Shown: piece after piece, positions 52,901 to 64,000 of the stretch
How positions within the stretch are numbered: the stretch's first letter is position 1
How the letters are laid out: each line of letters begins with the position of its first letter
Assembly (NCBI RefSeq): GCF_031769215.1
Contig: NW_026782082.1
Location: forward strand, 1,054,001-1,118,000
Direction: 5' to 3'
DNA from: Ylistrum balloti
Lineage: Eukaryota
Length of the DNA: 64,000 nt
The notes under the pieces: generated by a model
Told to the model about the DNA's origin: nothing
Seen by the model: only the letters and a program-made list of their open reading frames with translations
The model's database searches: none
Translations under genes and position numbers: made by a program

Positions 52901-55900
52901 ACACGTTGACCTATATAACATGTTTACCTGTCAGTGTTCCAGGTATTGACGTGTTATTGTTTACGACAAAATTTACTTATTTATCAACTTGCAATCAATA
53001 TATTTTTATAAACAAAATTTTAATCAACATATGAGACTATAAATAACTTAACAGGATTTGTGATAAAATTTAAATCGAAACAGGAAACAACGGAGTCACG
53101 GACTTAAATTTTCTATTCTAATTCCGTGACGGAACTATTTTTTGAAGACGATGATGAAATATTCGGATCGCTAGTATTTCATCATCAACGTAATAAACTC
53201 TTTAAAAATAAATGTACGTAACGACATTTGAAAATAAAATAATTAGTAACTTCAGAGGTGAATAGAAGTACATATTTGTTCCCTACAGTGCTACATGTAT
53301 ATTTTAATTATACAATTATATATGTACTGTATAACATTAACATTTTTAACGAATATACGTGAATATTTGATGAAATGACGTCTTTCTCTACATTTTTTTC
53401 ACACCAACCACAGTGTATTAGTGAAGTAGGATGTTCACCCATGCAAGGTCAACGACCTACACACAAAACGATTTGCTTGTAGAATGGTCTTTGTATATAG
53501 GTCCAGGTCATTCACCTTACACCTCGACATTGTCTGCTTCTTATCTGGTTTACTAAGAATTATTAACAAATAAAATATTACTACTTCAACATATCTTATA
53601 CACGTTCGAACAAAACTTAATTAAATATTAAATTATTTCGAACTTAATGATGCGTGTGTTTAAGTGTGTTTCTTTCTGCTAGTCAGGTACCTGTACTCTG
53701 ATATCCCGACTCCAACATGCCAATGTGGAGGTCATATATATTGGTGTAGGTAATTTATACCTACTGCGTTGTACGTTACACAGGATACGACGCAATTTAC
53801 TGCTATCTATCTATACATGTATATCAAATGTTGGTGTGAGCTCAGAGGTCAGCAAAAGCTTAAGTTTAAACTCGACCGAGAAAACACATATCTATAGTCA
53901 CGTGAAAAAAATACTTCTCGTTCTATTTACAAATGTCGTTTATTCTTGTGATTAAACAATGGAAAACAAAATAGATTACAATATTTAGATGCTGAATCAT
54001 CCTGAACACTACATAGTGCTCAATTTGAGTTTATTAAAGTGATTCACGTGCGGATACATGCAGGTACGAAGAAATCAACATCAATTTGAAAACAATATTT
54101 AAAAGGACTTCGACCCATGCTGATTGTAGCGTGTTCAGTGAGTATATTTTTAGTTGTTGGACAAAGGCCTCCACGTGGAGAGCTTACTCAAGGACCCCCA
54201 AAGTGCGTAGAGCGCAATTAAGGAGGAAGGTGGGAATCATGGTGTTAAGCATCTGTGTGTATCTGGTTTGGTTAGGATATTGGCTATTTCAAGTTAAAAA
54301 AAACAGAGCTGCGGATTATCTTGTAACACATGAGCCGATATTTGTAATAGGTCATTGAGTTATATTTCCAAATTGCGTATCAAAGAACTTAAACAGAGGT
54401 CAAGGTCATTTATATTATAGTTCTATATTCTTATCCGTCAAATATTACTACACAGAATAATGTGATTTCAGCAGTAGGTTGATACTTTTATCAATAGTAT
54501 CCCATGTTAAGTCTTAACTACATCCAGTATTTCAAATTAACCTTTGACATAAACATGCACCTGTTTACCGACGTATTATGTTGTTTAAACCCTATACTCG
54601 TCGGATCTAGAATTGATCAAATAAAACATCCATAGACTTCTTAAATCTATAGAGATACTCCGTCACAAATATGACTCTGATAACGTACCGTCATTGATAA
54701 CCTTTGACCCCGGATAGCAAAGCTGACCTTTGACCTTTGACCTAAATTCAATATTAATATAAAAATAATTATTGCCCTAATGTTAATGTAATGCGTACAT
54801 ATGTTGATATATATTTAACCCGGTAACCTTTGATGTGGTGGACAGAAGACGGACGTTTTATAATATAACATTTCATTGCCACGAAAATAGTAATAATGAT
54901 GATAGATCCAGAATATTGATATATGATAGAATGATTTTCTCTTGGCCTTCATTCGACTGAAATTGACAAAACATGAATCTCAAACCGTACGGAAATATAC
55001 GGCGCACATTTACGAATCACGTCTTTTACCTTTGACATATTACCACAGGGTTCATATATAGAAATCCGGATGTAGTCATAACTATACTGATATAACCTAA
55101 CTACATTTTGTGGTTTTCTTAAGTTCCGTCTTCTGCATACCTGTCAAGGAGAGACGAGTTATTTTTATTCGTTCTTCGATAAAGTGTCGCCACGACAGGT
55201 CACAGGGTCAAATCAAGAGTCTGTAATGTATATATATGATATCAGCGATTGGGCAATGCCCGGCAACAGGAGAGACGAAAAACCATCATCATCATCACCA
55301 TGCCAGAATAGCAGGTATTCAGGGAGCAGGCAATCAGAGACAGGGTTCATATCGTAACAAAACGATGTTATGATAAGTCAGTGAAGATCCTTATTCAGAA
55401 ATCTTAAATGTCTTCACAATTTTCAATATATACATGAACAACGTTACGCCATAAAGTACAGCCATAACACAGTACCAACGAAATTACTACCTTTATTATA
55501 TAGTGAGTAGAAAAAAACAAAAGCCGTTCTTCTTTCCCCATAGGAAATATCAACATTTCAAAATTATACCAGAACTAAATTGCTCTAAACTTTGACAGTT
55601 ACGTCAATCACGAAAATTGATATTCAATTACAAATTGTATTATGTAAATGGTATAAAAAGGTAACGTTTTCTAATCACAAACAGCTACCTTGTTAAGAGA
55701 TAAACACCTAGAACAGGCTGTTATTGACTGACACTTTCCATCGTTTCAATAATGACATCACAACTCCAGGTCGTTGTGCTTATTGTAACGTCACCATCTA
55801 AGACTTCGATATTATTCGGGAATGGAAGATATAAGATTTATTTCCATTTCATATGAGAATTATGAAACTTTTCGCGATTCTTTTTTTCTCATTTCACCTT

Positions 55901-57868
55901 GTAACAACAACAAAATCCCAGATACGCTTGAAATGGAAACTAGTGTAAACTCCATATACATTTTTTTCGAACACATTAATTAAGTCGAAAATTGGATTTA
56001 TTAAAGTACAAATGTCGTGTACCTTATATTACTCTCTGATATAATTTACTATATATAGATATATACTTATCATATAAATCACTGGACCGATCAGATGATG
56101 CGTGGGCGGTGTTAGTTCAGATGACGAGGGATCTTTACAATTTGAGTAGTTACACACAAATTTTGAAAAATTATCGGCAAACATTTCGTAAAAATGCAAT
56201 TGATCACATTAAAATTCTAATCAATGTTATAGTTAAATTTAAAGGATAAACCATGCAATGCAGATGCCTAATGTCGCCATATTCTGGTCATTCTAATCAT
56301 CATGACGCCGAGTGATAATAGTCTAGTTTCCAAAGAGCGTGGGAAACGTCGACAAGGTTTATCATGACGGTTTTGTTTTCTTTCCTCTTGTCGCCTCCTA
56401 CATAACATCAGTGCATTTGTGGGTCGCTTCTCGTGAAGGGATTGTCTGATGGGTTACATTGATAAAAATAATGATCAAATACATTTCATCGTCAGTTTCA
56501 TCATTGCTGATCAGTGCCAATGTCAGTCACGTCAATATTTAAACCCCGCCCCGAAATGGAGTTCACTGCCAATCAAATTGGCATAATATTGATTTTTGAA
56601 TCAGTAACCAATCAACTGTCCTTTGTCGTTTCAAGGTCCATTGAGCATGCGTGTGCTTATGATGTTTCGAATTTATGTCGTCTGCATAAAAATCAGCCAT
56701 ATTTGAAAGTTTTGAATAGCAAAAGTTGTAACCAAGAAAAACAATGTTCTGACACCAACAAGAAGGTGCATAGCGGTATCTAAATCAACTCAAGGAACAG
56801 GTTACTTGTCTCTTTGAACTGTAAAGCTGACAGGTTCTTCAAAAATGCCCGAAACGATATGTCATATTTTTTTAGCTGACAATAACAACAGTGATATCAA
56901 CCAGCTCCAAGCTAGTATGTTTCACAAGACTTTTATCCCACCAAGACGCAACGAGTCAACACAAGTGGGTTTGTAATGTCGTTTCCCAACTTGTCACTCC
57001 GAGACCACGTTGTTACTGATATTCACCTAATATTAGCTTCGATGTAACAGATTTATTTCATAATCAAGTGACGAAATTTCCAAATTTTGAACAGTAACAA
57101 ACGCGGGTATCGGACATGATTTCATAAGCCAATGTTTATTCACGACATCTCCCAATATTATACATGTATATTTGTAATTCTTAATGTACCAGCATGAAGG
57201 AAATAAATTTTGACACGAGTACCTGCATGCAAAATATTTACATACTATGGTCATGGTGATATTTTTGACAGAGGAAAACAGAGGTTTTGATTTTTCCGAG
57301 GTTTGGTAACAAACAACACTGACATAAATTTAATCTTTGGCTCCGCTACTTGTCAAACCCATTTAGTTTTATAATCTCACACGTGTGTTGACTATTCTAA
57401 TGACTGATACATTTACTTATAACAAGCTCCAAAGGCATGGTAATCGAAGCCTCTCGAATCGGCGCACTGGGCGTGCAGTATGTACACTTCTCGGTAACGT
57501 AATCGCCAAGAACGAGACAAAAACACCTAATGTAATCACCAGAATTGATTGGAATAGGTCAAAACTAAGCGCCGCACAGGTTTGTTTCACAAAACTTTTA
57601 TCCGTCAATATCCATCATTTCGGCACATTTGGGTGGTTTTTTTTACACGATGGCAATGCCTTTCAACAATAGTGTTTTGTGTCTTGCTTTGTGATTCGAA
57701 TTTTATTTTGGTGAAACTACCAGTTTCTGTTTTTCTCTGCAATTACTATATCGTATGCTGATATTCTGTTTCTTTTAGAAGTTTGTTTGTTATTTTAGAA
57801 TACAACTTTTTAGGCCAACCTCACTCTCAACATGATCTAAGTGGGATAGAAGTTGAAGACTGTACCGC

Positions 57869-58053
57869 GACTTTGATCACTAATTCTCCACCTCTGGGTC
57901 GCGGGTTCGATCCAGGTACGTGGGACAGTCTCCAGGTACTGATCGCAGGTCGTTGGTTTTTCTCCTGGTACTCGGGCTTTCCTCCGCCACCCAAACCTGG
58001 CACTTCTCTAACCGGCGTTGGCTGTTAACTGGACGTACAGAAATGATAAACAA
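57869..58053 (+). mobile_element. 5'-truncated tRNA-derived SINE with a V-domain-like core
   Basis: Pol III B-box GTTCGATCC (57905-57913); core GGTTTTTTCTCCTGGTACTCGGGCTTTCCTCC resembles the V-SINE core; 3' GCTGTTAACTGGACGTAC plus A-rich tail; no A-box seen. Confidence 0.65.
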
Positions 58054-61000
58054 TGAACATTCCCGTGAAAGTGTGGAAGACATTTAAACATGTCTTGTCA
58101 ATATACATATGTATTTTTCCACCTTTATGGGGGAAAGAGCTTAATATAATTTGGAAAACTTGTAACCAATCCCATTGTATATTTGTTACAAGAATTATGT
58201 TTAGAGTACATCATAAACTACTGTTTATGATAAATATGATAAATATGGGGACTAGAGAATAAACTTGCACAGGGTAATTAAATGACTTTTTCCCCCGCTG
58301 GTGGCATGGGTTTTCTTCACAAGACATTTGTGATTCAACAACAAACAGATTTTATGTATTCTGTCTTTCATACATGTTAAATTATGTATAATTAGATACG
58401 CCATCTTATGAAAATCTATATTGTATGATCTGCCTTTGGGAAGGGCTTACTACAAGAAATTGCATTAAAATGAAAATTATAGTCCGATAAAACAGAATAA
58501 GACAGGGTGTTTGGTAGGGTAAGAGTGTTCTGTTTCACCGACGACAGTAAATGGTAGATAACAACAGGACCAACAGGCACATCATCTCACATAAGGAAAT
58601 AGAATACATCCAGTGAGATCATTGTGACAACCATAAAACAATCAGCCTGTGTCTCTCGTTATCTAAGCCGTCAGATCTGATACATATCTAGTCAATCCGG
58701 TCAATGATTTAATGCTAATCCGCTCTCGTATACATATACAAATAATTAATCCAAACAGTTGATAAAAATCTCCCAGTATATTAGCCATCATTTTCTTACT
58801 CAAATATATGATACGATGTTATCTGACCGTTAATCCGGTCAATGTTATTAATTCTATCTTGTTATCGTTCTGTTATTATTATTATCTCCACGTTAATCCG
58901 TCTCATATGTATTATAATCTAGTCTGTTAATCCGGCTTATTAAACCAACGTTAATTTGACATACAATACAATAGAAGTTCTTTTAACACAACGCTGTCAC
59001 TTTCGCCAGACAAATGATTAGTGTGAAGCGTATTATCACTGACGTACGGAGTGTACCTGATGATACAGAATCGACCGACTTCTCCGTGTGTAAATCTAAG
59101 GTAGAAAATAATGTGACGACATGGTAAAAAACAATCTTAAAAAAGACACAAGATGGATGTATTGTTGTTGATTGGACTACGCTTTTCCCTAACACTTGGT
59201 CGCAGATGTGCGAGATTTTGTACATGTAGTCGCCTTCGTCTCTGTTCAGTACTGGCCCACTGCGGAGTATAAGCTCCACACTGGTCATTTCTCTGACTGG
59301 GGTGCTTGTGTTGTTATCGAAACGTCACCAAACTGGATGATTTAAATATATTTACTTCTGTAGCATAATTACATTATCGTGAACAGTGTTTTCAGTGCGA
59401 AACTTTTTCAGAATTGTCAGTACTCGGATAAATATTTCCATCGTAAAATGTATTTAGCTTTTCATTTACGCATATACACGACTTTGCCTTATTTATGCTA
59501 TAATCATGGAAAGCTGTTACATACTGAGTCATATATGATAGAGCTATATCAGGTCTCGTGTTGTACCAGATTGAAATCACCACGTGATAAAATTCGAATT
59601 GTTTCGGGGTTAGCAGAGGGTGTGGTCATCCCGCGACTCTCGTGACTGTCACGCGGTTCGAATAATAATGTGCTTGTGCGCATGACCAATCATGCTACTG
59701 CGAATAAAATTATTGGTTCGGGATTAGGTCACGAATTTGCTTTTTGGATTTTTTTAGTTCTTCGTTAATTCTTTGTTGTAATACTAGAAGGTCATGCACG
59801 GCCAGCAGGTCCAATTAAGAGCCTTGGAGGTTTGGGACAAAGAACACAGTATGCACAAAATTTGGACAGGCAACGCACCGGGGTATTTGTACCGACAAGA
59901 AACATAGCATTTATTTGTATTTTTGGACGAGTGTACTTAAGATCGATGAGATTCGGGCGCACTTGCAACAATGCATTGGATGGGTTAGAAAATCGACAAA
60001 ACAGAATATCATGAATTTGGACAAGGTTTGAACAGACTTTTTGATAAAGATATTACGCAATGCTCTCTGGATGTGGATTTATTCACAAGGACGTATAAAA
60101 TTGTGTTGTACGTCTCTTGATTAAGTTATGATCGAAATAGATAGAAAGACTAACTCGGCGTTTTCATTGTCAGAGATTTTTTCATGTTATCAAAAAATCT
60201 ATAAATTCATTGAGAATATCTTAACTACGTTTTCATATCTTGGAAAATACGAACATTTAACCAATCAATCGAAAAATGTTATGATTAAAAAAGGAGCAAA
60301 GAAAGATATCAAAACAAAACAAGAATGAAGTTTGCAATTTGAACAAGGTGCTTTCCATTTGCCAAATTTGATTTTCAAATTACGAGATTTTAACTGTGCA
60401 TTGTACGTGTTTCTTCCTTTGATATATCACCACCTTCAAATGACCTATTAGGAAATAACGGTATTTCAGTAAAAGGAGGTTTCCGACCTTAACTGTCATC
60501 GTCCTGTAACTACTTAACATGATGTTATCGCAATAGGCTGCAAACATATTTCGAAATACCAGGTTCTTTTGAATTTGACATGAGATGTCACCTTGCTATT
60601 TACCACCGGCTGTGGTTGTATAAGGTATACAAAGCGTGTCCGGTAATGTCACTCGGCGATTTGACAAGACATGTCAAGATGATGATTTCGCTCAGGCACG
60701 GGGTGTAATGCGGCAGTGCTTTATTTGACGTGATCTAGGTAACATTGTGCAAGACGAAACATGAAAAATATCGGCGTTGTAAGAAATCCACAAAACGATT
60801 TGTAATTGATTACATTTTGAGTTTGAGTGACAAGATGTATGTGACATATTCAAATAAAAAACAAACTCGCAGTGAAACAAATGTTAAACTGACAAAATAA
60901 GATTTACATAAAGTTTTAACGGGATTCGTTATCTGTGCTTTTGTGATTGCATGAGTAATTTGATATAAAAACAAATATCAGAATACAGAAACGTGAAAGT

Positions 61001-61151
61001 TCAATGTAACTAAACGATGTGATAGTTTGGGAAATTCCTGGTTAGTTCAAACATACAAATAAACTATGATACCGTCTCCTAATAATACAGACGTAGTTTT
61101 CATCGATATATGATACAGCAATAACATTCATGTATATCTGTTTATCTGCTT

Positions 61152-61350
61152 CAGCACGAAGCTGGGAAATGGAGCGTTCTGTGCATACGTGGTTGTATTC
61201 ATGGGCAAGACGCCTACCACTCTTTGCTGTGGACGGAATGCGACGGGCCTCCGGCTTCACGTTCAGTGAGGCAGCCATCAGCTACGACAAGGAGACCCCA
61301 ACATCAAAATGACCTTGGCTCTTCACGAGACAATAAACTATAAAAAAAAA
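61152..61350 (+). mobile_element. ~200 bp retroposed insertion (5'-truncated LINE or processed mRNA 3' end)
   Basis: GC-rich island ending in AATAAA (61332-61337) and A9 (61342-61350), flanked by direct repeat TCTGCTT (61145-61151 and 61351-61357). Confidence 0.6.
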
Positions 61351-64000
61351 TCTGCTTGATACCAATAAATTAGAAACATGTCTCTAATATAAGCCACTGG
61401 TGAATTTTAATATCTTATATTAAAAAGTAGTTGTAGCGCATCTTAAGAAGATCACGATATCTTTTTATTTCAAAATGTTTTATGAAATAAAAAAAGATTT
61501 AACAGGAATTAGGCAACTGGCAATGCCTATGCAAGCCCTCTCACATAAAATACATGCATTTTAACAATGATAGTGATGTGATAAAGTCTTGAAATACACA
61601 CATTTTATTATATGCATGAATGTTTGGTAAATAAAGCATGTATATGCTCGTTATTATAAAAGATATTGATATTTGACAATCAACTAATTTCATTTGAGCT
61701 ACCTCATGATATGACAAAGAGAGAGTATCATCAGTAGAAGTTATATTGTTATACTAATAGGTCCACCAACATCACATTATCTTCATTCCTTCGGTGATAG
61801 CATTGGCGTATTCCCCAAAAAAAAATGGCGGTTATCTTGTGTACAATAAGTATATTCATTATATTCATATATAGAAATACGAACATTACATAACTCACGT
61901 AATTTTTGTTTTATAACTCGTTCTGACGTCATCAGTATGACGTAATGTTGGGGACCGATTTCTAATGCGTTCTATATTGCACACTATTTCTAAGCCGTAC
62001 CTGTGTTTCCACACGGAGGGTTTGTGGTTGAGGACGGATGTACTACAAAGGTATTAAGCTATTGTGTAATAGTTTTAATATCGTCCGATTAAAGCTTGAG
62101 ACGTTTGTGTGACAAACCGATGGGTGAAGTATTTCTGGAACTGTTGAAAAAAAATATCGCGGGGAAATGCACCAATCACATTTAACAGGTGTCACTAGTG
62201 AGTGTATGATAAAACAAAGAAATAGCTGACAGGAAATAACAATTGAAATAGCCTACGGTTAATAATGTCATACATTCTGACATTTTACCTAATTAGTATA
62301 GTGCACTAGACTAACCCTATACAGATTTCATAATGTCTATTTTTACTTACATGTTCATATGATCGGAGATTGACATAACTAATGGCACGAGTAGCCACAG
62401 CACGAGATTAATGGTGATATCAGCAACTTAATTAGATAGACTGTGTGCTATTTCACCGATAAGTCTATATAACATACCAGGGGAGGTAAAGGAGGAGGAG
62501 GAGGAAGAGTGGGTGTGTGCGAGAGGGAAAGAGGGGGAGGGGCGTCAAGGTGGTGGTATATTTATGAATATGGCCCAACCATGCTAACAAACCTGATTAT
62601 GGTTGTATGTAAACCAACTGTCATTGATAAATATTTCTTTAAATCAAAATCATTATAAAGATTTGTCATTTCAACAGCATAATCTACGAGACAACCATTA
62701 GAATTATTTCAATATGATTGTGTTTACATCACGTGAATTTATTACTTATTTTACTGAATTATTAAATAAAATAAGATTTATATCGATATCAGCGGTGTTG
62801 GTACTAGTGACTGATAACGAGACATTACACAAAATTTATCAATTATTATGTAACTGTTTTGTTGGTCGGTGGATCTACTTGTTCACAGAGATGTTATTAA
62901 TTTGATAATTTAATATCGTGACATAAAATTGTATTAGAGTACCAAACAAATCGTAGCAATTATTTCAATTTTAGATTAAACTTTAAACTTGAGGTAGTTC
63001 GGATAGCTATAAATAAATATGATTTGGGAATACATATGAAAACTGGTATTTTCTCGTTGGTATATTTTCATCGTATATATTTAGATCAAAGTGTGTATTG
63101 CGAAATTTACCCACACGTATCACAGATTTCTAAAAATAGACCAGAAAGAGGGATTCCCCTTGAACAATTCTACAGTCTATAAAAAATCACAGTTCTACAA
63201 ATTATTCGTAAGAACAGTGACTTAAAACATATTTGTATCAACTGACAAATCACAGCTAGACAATATAGATAATGAATTTATGTATATATAAACAGGGACG
63301 TATATAACGTTCCTGATATAAATATGGAATTTCCGTAGAAAAAACCCCACTGGTGCTTAGTTTACATTCAACCCAAAAAACCTATCGTCAGTGTAAAGAT
63401 TTAACAATCAAATAGAAACGAGATGTCGACCAATCACACATCAGAATGTTTTCGTCATTCGGCACGGTTTCAAAAACAAACAAATAAACAAACAAACAAT
63501 TCTCTCCTTTTAGAGCGTTTGTTAATTTGTTCCAAACATAACAGTGTATTAGGAAAACTTATGCAAGCATGGAATCTGTTGATTTTTAAATATGATCATA
63601 TGGATAACGGCATGGTCTCACGTGACTGTGGTCACACCATAAGGCAACCTTCCACGCGACGACGTACGGTAAAATTAACGTGACATCATCTTAAAGCTAT
63701 ATTTAGCGATCGACTTTATCACGTCATGTTGTGCAATACTAGGCAGATCCACACAAGCCTGTTAGAGTTGTCTCCCTTGTGTCAGGTACACTAGAAGAGC
63801 ACCACTCAATACAAAATAAAGTTTAAAGTAAGTGAAAATTTACCGTAAAATTCGACTTTAATTATTTTATTGTCACATTGTAGACAGGATCTGGTATAAA
63901 TTATATCACTTTTGAATGTCATATGATTTCTTATTGGGGACACAAATTATGTATTCTTTCTGTTTTTTCTCCGTTAAGATAACCCGTATTACAGTATAAA

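Noticed and set aside
57895-57920. tRNA gene suggested by GGTTCGATCC
   Set aside because: No A-box or cloverleaf; the continuation matches a SINE body.

Overview
Animal genomic DNA, AT-rich and intron-rich; the repeat families suggest a bivalve mollusc (inference). Two spliced genes converge tail-to-tail. On +, the last six coding exons of adenylyl cyclase-associated protein (CAP/Srv2) lie at 13686-19108; they splice in frame to 268 aa, and I found no 5' exons in the window. On -, a complete three-exon Tribbles pseudokinase gene lies at 39576-33602 (340 aa). Between them are a dead Tc1 (DD34E) transposon interrupted by a satellite-like insert and several minisatellites. The ~24 kb upstream of Tribbles has no recognisable gene, is CpG-rich, and carries clusters of bZIP (ATF4-C/EBP, CRE), E-box, K50-homeodomain and kB-like motifs, a 3.8 kb 40-bp satellite, a tRNA-derived SINE and a small retroposed insertion with target-site duplication. 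Tandem arrays make up roughly 11 kb (~17%) of the window and explain most long ORFs in the supplied track. No rRNA, genuine tRNA, CRISPR or prokaryotic features were found. All counts are by eye and no database searches were run.
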